Assembly: GCA_046563655.1 (NCBI GenBank)
Contig: CM102285.1
Span: 3,410,001 to 3,474,000 of the forward strand
DNA from: Yuukianura sp. NJ FZ-2021
Taxonomy: Eukaryota
Direction: 5' to 3'
Length of the DNA stretch: 64,000 bases
The position numbers were made by a program, and so were the translations under genes. Below the pieces are notes generated by a model. The model worked only from the letters and a program-made list of their open reading frames with translations. It had not been told where the DNA came from and did no database searches. The first letter of the stretch is position 1; each line of letters opens with the position of its first letter. Of this stretch, positions 37,901 through 50,273 are shown one piece after another.

Positions 37901-40176
37901 AGTCGTGGAAGAGCCAGAGAATAGCACTTCCGAAGAAATAATTGAGCAGAGTTGTACACTTTTGGCATCAGATCCAAATGTTATTTGTTCAACTGAAACG
38001 GTTCCTGAACACCATGCGCAGAACAATGAAGGACCTAATGCATCTCCAACAAATTCTACAGTGTGTTTGCCATCCTCGGTTGCAGTTGAACATGAATTGA
38101 CCTCGATGGGCGTTGGAGCCAAGTGCAATTACTCCTCTAACCCGAATCTGCCAGATACGCTTGATGAACTCTCAGCAACAGAAGATGATGAGCAAAGGTC
38201 AATTCCTCCACTGTCTGTACACAGTTTAAGCAAAATCATAATTCAGCAACTGCCCAAATGCTTAGCAGTACTCAAATTAGAAAACTGCAGTTTGAAAAGG
38301 GCAGTGGAGACTAGTGGTTCCCTGATGAAGGAGGCTCAATTGCAATTGGAGGAACAGCGGACTCAAGTCGCCGCTTCAGAAATTAAACAAATGGAGCTTC
38401 GAAATGAACTGGATTTGAAACAGAGACTCATCAGAGAACTTACCACCAAAATTCAAATTGCTACCGAAAACTACCAAGCTATCAACGAGTAAGTCCAGCA
38501 TAGGTTGTATAGTATGCAGTCTGTTCCACATATTTTTAAACAACTCAAAATTATGGAGCAAACTAGTTTTGAAGAAGTAAGTTTACATTGCCCAATCCTG
38601 CTAAATTGTTCAAAAGCGTCCAAAAGTTTAATGGCTTTTACCGCTCAAACGATTTTTTTGTAATTTCTTCAAGATAGGCTTGGAACGTGAATTTGTTGTT
38701 TCTTTTCCAGTTTTTTTGAATTTTGGCTTTGACCTTGCAGGGAGCATGGACAAATGTCAGAGTACATCCAAATCAAGATGCAAGACACGAAGATTCAAGA
38801 GCAAAGGAAGCTAGTGAAGATGCGAAATTTAAAGAATTGTTCAAAATGCAAAAAGAAGTTTTCCTTGTTCAAACGGAAAGTGCATTGTAACACATGTGGC
38901 TACAGTTTTTGTGGAGACTGTCTCTCTCAACCAGCGGACTTACAACAACTTTCCATTGAAAGGTAGTTATGCATTAACAATCGTTTCTTAAGACAAATTC
39001 AAAAACGAAACAAACAAAAATCAAAATTCGGAAAGTGAATTCTACTTCTATGATTGCAAAATAAACCGTAGTAAACGCCGTACGTAAGTAGCGAAAGGAA
39101 GCTAGACCACACAATCCTGAAATTGTGTCCTCACCCCCAGGCTATGACAAACCGATTTACGAAGACAGATTGCAAATCGGTCCAGGGGTTTCGGAGGTAT
39201 AGTTATAGTACAGACAGGAAGACGGACAGACAGGCAGACAAGCAGACGGACAGACAGACAGACAGCCGGACTCGGAGAAAAACATAAAGTAGGTCATGCT
39301 TCCCCGAGTAGGACGAGGGACGCAATTTTGCAACTTCTATCGTCTGTATCTCTGTAACCGTAGATCAAAGGTCAAGGTCGCCTTTACAAAAGTTGTTCAG
39401 CCCAATGAGATAAACAACTTTTGTAGAAGTCATTTTTTCGATTTCCGTAAATAAAGTATTTGACCTTGACCTTTGACCTGGACATGGACAACTTCCGGTC
39501 AAGCTGGACACTGATTAGACACCCCTGGAATATGTGAAACGTAAATGTGGAAACAGATTGAAAATCGGTAAAGTGGTTCTGGAGTTATAGACGCGAATAG
39601 CACGAGCGACCCCATTATGCAACTTCCAAGGTCTATATCTCCAGAACCCCAGGTCAAAGGTCAAGGTCACCTATACAAAAGTTGTTCGTCTCGATGAGAT
39701 GAACAACTTTGGTATAGGTCATTTTCCCGATTTCTGTCAAAATTGTATTTGACCTTGACCTTTGACCCGGACCTGGACAACATCCGGTCAAGCTGGACAC
39801 TAATTAGACACCCCTGGAATATGTGAAGTAGAAATGTGAAGACAGATTGAAAATAGCTCCAGTGGTTCTGGAGTTATAGACGCGAATAGCACGAGCGACC
39901 CCATTATGCAACTTATAAGGTCTATATCTCCAGAACCCCAGGTCAAAGGTCAAGGTCACCTATGCAAAAGTTGTTCAGTTCGATGAGATGAACAACTTTT
40001 GTAGAGGTCAATTTCTCGATTTCTGTCAAAAATGTATTTGACCTTGACCTATGACCCTTAAGGGGTCTACTTCCGGTCAACTGGGTCACCGATTGTTCAC
40101 CCCCAGACCAGGTCAAGTTCATCTGTAAAGACAGATTGAAAATCGGTCCAGCGGTTCCAGCGCTAGCTTGACCAGC

Positions 40177-40236
<60 letters not shown>

Positions 40237-40413
40237 TCGGGGAAAAACATAAAGTAGCTCATACTTTCGCTACTTAATAAATGTGCTGAAATTTCATTTT
40301 CTTCGTTCTTTAGGGAAAGCCGGAAGAAACTCCTAGTTTGTGAACCTTGTGATGAACGAAAACGGAAATTGGATTCAGTAGTGCAAGAGCATTTTAAAAA
40401 TTTGCGAATGTGA
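34901..40413 (+). CDS. Long coiled-coil protein with C-terminal FYVE-type zinc finger (FYCO1/RUFY-like architecture)
   Basis: In-phase coiled-coil exons from 34901. Zn finger CSKC...HCNTC...CGDC in exon 38741-38962, completed by exon 40314-40413 (LVCEPC...NLRM*). Confidence 0.8.
39330..40150. repeat. Tandem array of ~2.8 units of a 289-bp repeat with nested internal palindromes
   Basis: Anchor gcaactt recurs at 39330, 39619 and 39908. Each unit contains tcaaaggtcaaggtc...tgaccttgacct(t/a)tgacc and caaaagttgttc...aacaacttt. Confidence 0.9.
40175..40236. repeat. (CAGA)n microsatellite
   Basis: Directly visible tetranucleotide run; a degenerate second copy lies at ~39210-39265. Confidence 0.95.
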
Positions 40414-41215
40414 TTCGAAATTTGGATTTAAAATAATTTTATTGGATGTATCACTTTTAATGTATTAAACTCTTCATCATTTCTTACAATTGAAGCAATT
40501 GTTTTTAAATAAAGTATATGGCACTTGATACACTCTGATATGTTTAGTTGTAGCAATGCTGTGATTTTCTGGTAGTGATTTCTGCTGTTGGCACGAAATT
40601 GTTGGTTCCTTCCATCTGCAATGTACATGTTATAATTCACAATTGACTCGACGTTTGACCTTGTAGACTCCGTCCTTTTACTTCTCAGGCTTCTAGAACT
40701 TCCATAGTCTAATTTGGAAATCACGTTGTATTATGATACCCGCGCAAAATGGCGCTAGTCATTGTTTGGCACACACGCTAGCGGATGGATTTGGATTATA
40801 CACTGCATATTCTGTAATACGTCTATAAAGAAATCAATGTACTTCTTTCACTTTCAGTGTATTTCTTTCACTTTCAAAGATTTAGATGCTTGCCGAAAAT
40901 GAAACTATATGTTATACGTTAAACGTTATGCAAAGGCAACACCTAAAAAAGCTTCGAGTGTGACCATCATTTTTCAGTATAAAAGTATACGCTGAAAAAT
41001 GATAATAACAGGAAGTATTTAGAGTTGAAATTAAATTACTACAATAGAAATTAAAATAGTATACATGTATTTTAACTTTGTTTTGTTAAAAGTTAATGAT
41101 TTTGTACTTTGTCTTATACCAGACAACAATACAAAATCGTGTAAGAAAAATTATTAATAAAAAATACTTCGGAAAGCGACAGTGGCAGGCCAATTTGCGC
41201 GGGTATGCTTTAGCT

Positions 41216-43593
41216 TTAGTTGTTAACCGGTAGATATCGGAAGAAAATGTTTCCACGTTCGCGAAGCTTTTCGATTGCACATGGCCGGATTACTAACTGA
41301 AATAGTTAAAATAAAATTCTTTCTTTACAAAATATTAAACAAATTAATATAAAAACTAAAATATTCAAATAAAAATATTCAGGACTTGAGTTCAGAATGT
41401 CTTTAGCATTCACAACTTACTGTATTTTGATACAAGTCCAAATAACTTAGTTGCGGCATCAGTAAAAACGAACGCAAAATTGAAACGTGAGTCACTTCTG
41501 TTCCCACCCAAAGCAGACGAAGTTTTCGCAGTCCTTAAAAAAACAGAAGTCACAATTACAATTTGTGGCAATTCTAAACCCAACATTTAAAATTAAATTT
41601 TTGAAATTTTTGTAACAAACTTTTCAAATTTTGAATTGGTTCTCCAGTAAAGTCTTTTCCGATTGGTTGGTACTTCTCATCTGCCCAAATCTTATTGATT
41701 GCATTATGGGACAAGCCAGTAATTCCAGAATCAGTCAATCCAGCAAGGTCAGTTGCTTCAAATGACAATTCCTCCAAAACCTTTGCCTCTCGAATTAAAA
41801 ACTGCAGTTCTTTGTCTCCAATTTTGAACAGGGCATAGGTCAATGTTAAAGACCTCAACAGATGACTCCATTTGGGCATCACTGAATTCTCGGTAAGCGA
41901 AGGCCACGTAAGGTAATTGATTGTCCAATCACCATTGTCGAATCCAAGATTGACCGATGACCTCCGGTAAACCAGAATGTTTTGCTCGCAATGCATGACC
42001 TCGGTAAGGTCATCCAGATTTGGATTTGGTGCGTACAAATGGACGCTCGTCACTGAGAAGTGGACACCCCTTGGTACAATTGCCGCCATTTTTTCAAAAT
42101 CCGTGTCCTTGCTTAAGTACAATTGACCAATAGAAAATTTTTTGAGTTTGGTGCTGCATTCTCTGAAAAATGGAACAAGATTTTCCAGTATGAAGGAATC
42201 CGTGACATGAGCAACCGGAAATCGCTGGAACGAAATTTCCCGTAATTCAGTAAGTTTTGGTAACTCTTTCCACGGAAAAGTGCTGACGAATCGCGGGAAT
42301 TCAGCGTATAGGCTGGAACGCAATTCATACTTGGATGAAGACAGTCGTGTGTCAAGTGCCCCTCCAACACGGTCTGGAAAATTGTCCAATCGGAATACTC
42401 TCAGTGATTTTGAATTTTGAATAAAAAGTTTTTCCAGAACCGCTCCAAGTTGAAATCTGTGCGTAGTATTTCCAGAATCGCCTTGTAAGTCCAAAGTTTC
42501 CAAATTTCGGAAAACAAGTAACTCCAAACGATCCAACAAATTTAAAAAGTTGTGCATGTCTTCAAAATGGAGCGTGAGGTGTTTCAGATTTTGAAATTGT
42601 CGAATCCCGCTCATTTTGACAATGTTTGGCACAGGCAGAGAATCTGTGAGTGGATAAGTCATCAACGAATTGTGAATGATCGTGTCGCCAGTAATTTTCA
42701 AAGTTTTCAAGCTCATCAACTCTGCAACGATTTCTACCAGTTGAGAAATTTTCATTTGACTATTTTGAATTTCGAGATAAGTGACGTTGATCATGTTGCG
42801 GGAATTCATCCATGAGTAGAACTCAGGTCGAATTGGTGTCCAGAAAGAGAAGAGGTGGCGCAGACGCAGAGAGGTTAGGTCAAGCGGTGGTATGCCGCCG
42901 CTGTGCTTAAAATATTTGCTAAGTTCGGTTCGCGTTTTATCGGTTTGCTCGGATTCGACATGACAGTGGCAAAGCTTGTCCCGAAATGAATCGGAAATGG
43001 AAATTATTGAATTCCATTGAAAGGAAACTAGACGGCAAGTCTTTAAAGTGTCCACATCCAACTTGTCAAAAATCACATCCAGAATTTCCTCCTAACATAC
43101 AAGAAAATTTGAAATTTTAACCCTAGGAAAAAATTTATAGAAAAATTTGACCACTAGCACTACTTTTTAACACTTTTTAACCTTTTGCTCCCAAAAATAT
43201 TCTTGTTGAAATGAAAAAAAAATTTCATTTTTTGTAAAAACGGAGTCAAAATTGATGTATACAAAAAATATCAAGTCGTATAATGATAGAATAAGTAAAA
43301 TAATATAAATGAAATAATAATAAATAATTAATTAATTAATAGTTAATAAATATCTTAAAATTAGATTTAAAAAATGTTATTACCGGAAGCTGTTCCATAG
43401 GACTCAAAATTTCGGAATCCATAGCACTGTCTCCGTCGTCGTTCAAAAATCCAAAATTGCTTTCACTGTTTTTGCCAGACCTTCTAACCAAGCGTGCAGT
43501 TTGTCGATTTGTTGCTTCTGAGACAGCAGGTTCTGACCTTCTGTGTACCAATTTATCATAAGCTACTTGTGCGTAGTGGTAAACTGATTTCAT
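41216..43593 (-). CDS. F-box/leucine-rich-repeat protein, 4 exons
   Basis: F-box SPMEQLP|EEILDVIFDKLDVDTLKTCRLVSFQWNSI spans intron 43092-43383, followed by LxxLxL repeats (LKHLTL, LETLDL, LRSLTL, LEELSF, LRKLRL). Terminal exon ends YLPVNN*. Confidence 0.88.
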
Positions 43594-45068
43594 ATTGGTC
43601 ACTCCACAACAATAGACCAATTAACGACTTCAATTGAATAAATTCCTGGCAAGTAGCCAACACTTTTCGTAGTGGCAAACACCATAAAACTTATGCTTAC
43701 GTGATCAAAACAATGCGTCCAAAAATTTTCCAAAGTACTACACATGAACACAGCAATTCCAATTTGTTGCTATTGTCATTTTACTGTCCTGTTTTGAAAT
43801 TAGCAAAAACGTGACACTTTTGTCCAGAAACAGATTTTTGTGAGCCTTTTGTAAAAAATCTGCACAAACTAATGTACGCGCCTCAAATGCCAAAGACGTT
43901 ATTAGCAAAAAATTTGCAAAACTTGTCAAGTTGACAATGGCCAAGGAATGTAATATGCAATGGGATCAAGGTAAACCAAAGTCCTGTGGAGGACGTCAAG
44001 TTCTTCCTTAAGTTACAAAATTGTACAAAGTTGTTCACGAATCATGCGCAAAACAACACGTAGGAAACGAACAACACAATGCATTTGATATTTAATGTGC
44101 AATAAATCAAAAGTTAATAGTCCGTATTCAACAGACTTAACTTTTATGATGTTTCTGGAAACTGGCCATTCTTCTCATTTTTATGTCCTACTTTTTTGCG
44201 AGACTTCCACCCCACAAAAGTCTCAATTTCGTTTCAATTGATTCAAACTTCCCTCCAAATCTTTCATTCATGTGAAGCAACACTTACCTAACATAACCCC
44301 TACCTTGACTGAAACGAACTTTCAATATCACAAACATTATGCAAGGGGCAAGGTAATTGTAAATGCAATTAATCGAGAGTACACGTTCTTCAGTTGCGTA
44401 AATGTTTTTGATTTTAGCAACTAAAGGTTGCAAGTTGTTGTTTACGTTTTTTTGGACACGTAGACGGAGTGCCAATAGTTCAAATTCAAATTGTATTTCA
44501 AAATTGTTAAAGTCGGCCGGCTAACGTCTGACGTGAGCAAAAAATTTATAAAATGAAATTGTAAAACTGAAAAAAAAAGACAGGCAAATGAAGGAACTTT
44601 TGGCGCAAAAATTGGGTTCATAAAAAATAAAGAAAATTTGTGAAGATAGCTACAAAAGACAGCAAATTGTGTAGGTCTTATGGTTTAATTAATTTCATGA
44701 GTGATTAATGCTTTTATAACTAATAGATTCGCTAACTCCTGTTCTAAAGTTTATGTTTAAAAAGCATAAGTACACCAAAACAAACCTAAACATGAACACT
44801 TTGAGTAAATTTAAGAGAGAGGTGAAAGGTTAATCATTATGAACACACACTTTTATGGAAGTTTGTTACTGACGATTTGGAGTTGATCTGGAAATGACAG
44901 TGATGTTTTCTGTTACATAAACTACTGACATTAGTGAGACTCTTCAAGACTTAAAACTAAGAATTATTGCTCAAATAGCTGCTAGCAGCCAGCTTTCAAA
45001 AAAATTTAAATTCTGTGCGCAGAAGTTAAATGTCATAAAGTGGCGGGCAAGATGTTGGGCAAATATTG

Positions 45069-48000
45069 CTAAAATTTATCCCATTTTGCAAGTTGTTCTA
45101 TCGCCGAAAGAGAGCGGAGTTCGTTGGGTGCAAGCGCAGCTTGTTCCTTGGCTGGCCTTGCCCAGGCGGCAATCACAAATTTTTCAATGTCACATTCGTT
45201 TTCACCACGCAGGATTCTAAAAGTTCCGTCTTCGCCCCAGGCAGTTCCCCAGGAATTGGCAATGGTCTAAAAGAAAGAATTAAGAAGTCTAGTTAGAGAA
45301 GGTTAAAGTAACGCTAATGTTAGGTTAGCGTCATGTTAGGTCGAATTTTTCAAAAGTTACCCAGTATTTGACACGTTGACCTCGACGGTTCTCTTCGCCC
45401 CATCCAAGGATCCGAACCGAGTGGAACCCAATGGAGCTCGTCGGTTTGAGGTTCGTTCTCCGATAAATCCCGGTACGGTACATGAAGAAATCCGGAGACA
45501 CTTCCATCACGGCTAAAATTTACATCATCGGCATTAGTTAAGAATGCCAAATTTTCAAAATCAAAATTTTGGAAATAAAATTTTCTGCTAGTTCAATACC
45601 CTGAACAGGTCCATAAGTCAAAATTTCAAATCTAATGTCATCTTCCATTTTGCTGATTCTGTACGACGGTCCGGTTTTGTACGGTTGCGTCCGATTGTCG
45701 GGTGGGGCTGAAGTTTTGCAGTCGTGAAGTGATGCACGACGCGTCATTGTACACCGCCCAGCTTCTCCTGTCCGCCCACTCACATACGGATAACAATCTT
45801 CATCGACAATTCTAAAATACAGTGCAAAATAGGAAAAAAAAAGAAGTTTAGTTCCATTTTTAAAAGTTTTCAGAAAACTTTTGTTCGAAAAGCTTTTTAA
45901 AATAGATTTCCGCAATTTGTCTTTTGTGTCTTCATTAGTACCCAATTTGTCTCATGAAATTCCAAGCTCTGTCCAAGTGACCTCCTTCACATCCCAATTG
46001 TCCTCTGTCACACGACAACAAATGCTGAGCTGACAATCTAGCGACCTCCGCTCCCTTCGTTTGAATTGCCAATCTGTCGGCTAAATACAAAACACAGACA
46101 AATTTATTGACAACATTGAGGCTGCACAGGCGGCAGTGTCGCCACGCGGAGAGGCACTTGAAACACATTGACATCGTGGAAATTCACTCATACTTGGACT
46201 CATTTGGACGGTAACTTTATGAACGCTATCACCGTGGACGGTCGCAGGACATTTGGACGAAACGAAAACAAAATCTAGCTTAAGGGAAGAATAAATCCGT
46301 CTATCGCCGTCAGTAGGTGAATGTCCATGAGCAAGGTTTGTTGACTGATTTTCTTTAACAGGTTGAGTAATATATGATGTTTTTTTTTTAATTTTGCAAA
46401 AAAGTGTCTTTTCATTTCAGGGCATCGTAGTCATACAGCCAAAATTTTTAAGATTTGCATACGAATTGTTAGACATTTTTTCGGGTTGATGATACTAAAA
46501 TTGGTCCAAATGTTGTTGTTTTTTTTTTCGTTTTTTTTTGTCAACAAGTAAAGTAATACCTAACCTGTTAAAGAAAATTAAATTTCGTTGTCAACGAACC
46601 TTGGTCCATGAGCGTCCAGTTACATACTTTAGTTTTTTTTGTGAGTAAATGTGAAAGGTCACCTGTCACAGCCACGGTGCTGACTGCCCAGTCGGATCCA
46701 CACCAACCTTGGTCACTAATTGGCTGGATGAAATTGGGCCAATTTCTATTCAATCTTGCATCAAAAGACGACGGCAACGAACTTGGCTCGTAGATTTGTC
46801 TTATTGGCCGCATGTTGTAAACCTAGAAGAAAAACAAAATAAATTCAAAAGTGCCGAAAAATTCCACACAAAAATCAAAGACTTTTTAAACTTCTTTTTC
46901 TTCTTCTCTAATTTTTTTTAAAAATTTGTTACAGCATTTTCAGGCAAAAGCGTGCCGAGGCGATAAGTGATGCCATCAGAGAGGGTTCTTCCCCAGAATT
47001 CACTATAATTTGATGCTTGCCACAAGTAATCTCCACTGTTCACTATGTTTATCAGATCCGTGTCTATCAAGCATTCCTTCTCTTCGCACATCCAGATTCC
47101 ATAGCCAGCGTTTCCATTTTCGCATTTACTAAAATCAACCATGAAAATAGTTTTAGAACTTGTTTACATAACTCTTCTTCAAATTTAATTTGAAACAAAA
47201 AATTAGGAGCCGTTCCGCCTGAAAAAGAAGCTCGTTAATGTATCAAGTTTCATTTTCAATTTATAAATCTGGGTCAGATACAAAAAAAATTGTAACACCA
47301 AAATAAATTGTGGTAACACCAATTTTTTTTACACTGCCAAATAATATCAATTTGACTGGAAGTAGCAACGAAGTAAATCATGTTGGCATAAATACCAAAG
47401 TAGACGAGGCATGAATCGTACCATAAATTGCAATTGTTTTTGCGAGTGGATCCAACGCTGTAGGGCGTCCTATCATGGTAACACTCTGGAAATAAATTAA
47501 AGGAAGGCGTCAAACTGAATTTAGATTGTGAATTACGATATGCTTCAGTAATTTAATTACGACCAGAGTAAAGTAATTCTCATTTAGTTATTTAGCCAAT
47601 CACACTCATCATCTACGAGATTTATGTGTTTCTATTTCCCGTCACAAGGTTGGGTTGCTAAGTGTTAGGATAAAGTTAGTGTAATTATAAAGACAAGTTA
47701 GTTATAAGCAAAGTTTGTAAAAAAAAATTCCTTTCTACACCAGGTTGTCTAATAAAAGAAAGTTTTAAAATTTGTTTAAAAGAATCAAAAAAATCTGCCT
47801 TTTCTATAGGAATTTTTTGCATGTAGTGTAAATAGGATTGGGACAGGAATTTGTTTGAAGTAAGATTTGTGGAAACCCTGAAATATTGGACAACCTGTTG
47901 TAGGAAATACAATTTGTTTTATTTCGGTTGGCAAGGAACCTAACCTTGGTTATAAGGTTAGTTATGGGTTAGTTTTTTTATAATTCATACCTTGTAAAGT

Positions 48001-48785
48001 GACATTCTCAGGCCTGGACACGCCTTTGCAAACATACGAAAAATCTGGACAGCAGTCATGGTCTTCTCTGTACACCGTTTCCGTTCCATCACAGAAGTCA
48101 TCACAATAACAAAGATGATCCAGAATTGGCGTATGACATTCATCGTTTCGTCCGTCGCAACAACCACCAATTCGAGATTCACAATATTTCCCCTAAAATG
48201 GAAAAGAAGCCGCCAAAGAATGTTTAATTTTTACAACCAATCATCTTCTTAACAAACCCAAAACTGCATTATAATTTTGAATCAACGTAAACCCAAAATC
48301 CCTAAATTGGACTTCTTTTGGCTTTCTCATTGCCATTTTGAACCTTCTCTGGTCTAAAATGCTCGGAGGTGTTAATTGCTAGTTAGCTCGACCTAATCAA
48401 AAACTTGTTAAATAAAACTGGAAGCTATAATTAAACTAAAAATGGAAATGCGGTAAGCCTTTGTAGAAAATTGAATAGTAAATCCAAAGTTACGCCTAGT
48501 TTCAATTTCCGCGAAATACGCAACTCCCATTTTCAAAAAACATGCTTGAATCTTTTTTATGTCCTTGTTTAAATTTTAATTAATTTCTAGTTTGGGCAGA
48601 CTTTAATTAATATAAAATTTCTTTTCTTTTAAAAATTTTGTGTGTGTAAATTAAAAAAAAAGTACAATTAATTAAAAACTTACCGGGATGTCGTCAAATC
48701 TTCCGCCAAGGGCAGAGACCCATTTTGTATTTATTAAAAGTAGAACACTTAAGACGGAAACCACAACACAAACAATGTGACCCAT
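45069..48785 (-). CDS. Swim: Tubulointerstitial nephritis antigen-like / Swim (somatomedin-B domain plus non-catalytic papain-family C1A domain), secreted
   Basis: Signal peptide; SMB-like CCDGRNDEC...CYCDDFC...DCCPDF; then [51 protein letters not shown] and [12 protein letters not shown]. Confidence 0.9.
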
Positions 48786-50221
48786 TTTCACAAAACAACA
48801 ATTTTTTAAACTTTAGCTAAACAAAATATTTGTTGGCTAAAATTCAAGAACTTCACAAGAAGAAAACTTCAGAAAAATTGAAAAACTGATGAGCACAAAA
48901 AGCAACAACTTTTTTCTTTTTTTTTTTTTGAAAATCACGAGACGTCAAAACGCTGAAGATGACGCGGAATGGCGTCAAACTAAATACTACGTCCACCCTT
49001 CCACTACTGCCGCTCCGCTTTGAAAGTGTTGTTGGACTGGACACTTCCTTCCTTCAAGTCAATTAAGTTACTGATTGACGCTTCAACACTTTACTTATGT
49101 GCTGCTGCTGGGAGTTTGGCATGGGTGTCAGCTTAAGCCAAAGTTTAGCTGGACTCTGCTTACCCGCCCATGTCGTAGGCTGGGAAAAGGCATTTGCCAA
49201 AAGCGTAGAAAACAAACGGCAGCGGGGGAACTCCATCCAATTCCAACCTCCTTCGGAAAAAATTCTGTGGGTTATCAAATTCAAAAGAAGATGTTTAATA
49301 AAACTAAAAGCGACAAAAACTTTTACACCCGAAGATGCTTTGCCAATTTGAGAACATAAAACGACTCATCAACTGTCACATCATCAGATATTATCAAAAT
49401 TAGATCAATTGTCAACTTAAAAAATATGTAATATTCAAATTTTTAAATTTACAACTTCAAATTACAAATTGGGAAATTGTAAATTCAAATTAACCTCTTC
49501 AAGTTATGGCCACCTTAACGCAAGGAGAATGTCCAACGCCTTCAATCATCTCGAGAGTAAACAACTTTCTGAGACCTTAAACAATGATTCAACAAAAATT
49601 TCGATTTCATTTTTCCAATTGCGGTTTGAATTGCAAATTTTAAATTGAATTGCAAGTTTCCATTTCAAGTTCGGAATTGCAAATTTCGATTTCAACCATC
49701 AAGTCTTAGCTTGTAAAGTTCAAATAAGTCCTTGGGTTTGCCTTGATGCTGTCAATGTTTGGACAGCATACGAAATCACAAGTCTAAAATTATTAGAGTT
49801 TTCAAGAATTCATCATCACATCTCTTGACTAAAATTGAAAATTATGCGTAGAAATGAACATTTTTTTCGTAGTCCATAAAATTAACAAATAAAATTAGCA
49901 TAAAATTTGTCAAAAGTTAAGTGTATACTATGCGTAGGTGAATGTGCTTCTGATTGTGATGTGATACACATCCGGTCATGGATTGATGAAATGGCATCGT
50001 CATAGACATGGACACATTGCATCGTGTTGTACAAAATTTTTCTGTACGTCAGCACACATTCAAGATTGATTGCCACTGAATGAACATTTAGACTTTTAAC
50101 AGTTTCAAAAAATTTAGAATTTTGAAAAAGTGATGATCAGGGCACAAATTCAAACTATTTGGAATGCTAATGTGGCTAATGAATGCTGTCTCATAAATTG
50201 CAACCCACTTCAAATTCTATT

Positions 50222-50273
50222 ATTTTCTAGAACACTAGATCTATGAAAATAATGTTCTAGTGTTCTAGAAAAT
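50222..50273. repeat. Perfect 18-bp inverted repeat with 16-bp spacer
   Basis: attttctagaacactaga (50222-50239) and tctagtgttctagaaaat (50256-50273). Confidence 0.85.

Larger units (their letters stand above)
39063..40279 (-). mobile_element. Non-autonomous DINE-1/HINE-like (Helentron-associated) element in the last intron of the FYVE gene
   Basis: Perfect 13-bp subterminal inverted repeats taagtagcgaaag (39085-39097) and ctttcgctactta (40264-40276). Partial inverted repeat next to one subTIR, (CAGA)n/GTCT microsatellite, central 289-bp tandem repeats, short stem-loop beyond the other subTIR. No ORF. Confidence 0.8.

Noticed and set aside
39330-40150. Regular palindromic repeats as a possible CRISPR array
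   Set aside because: Whole 289-bp units are near-identical with no unique spacers, there are no cas genes, and the context is a eukaryotic intron.
46180-46655. Scattered ttggac/gtcca motifs in a Swim intron suggesting a MITE
   Set aside because: Could not define convincing termini or a consistent alignment.
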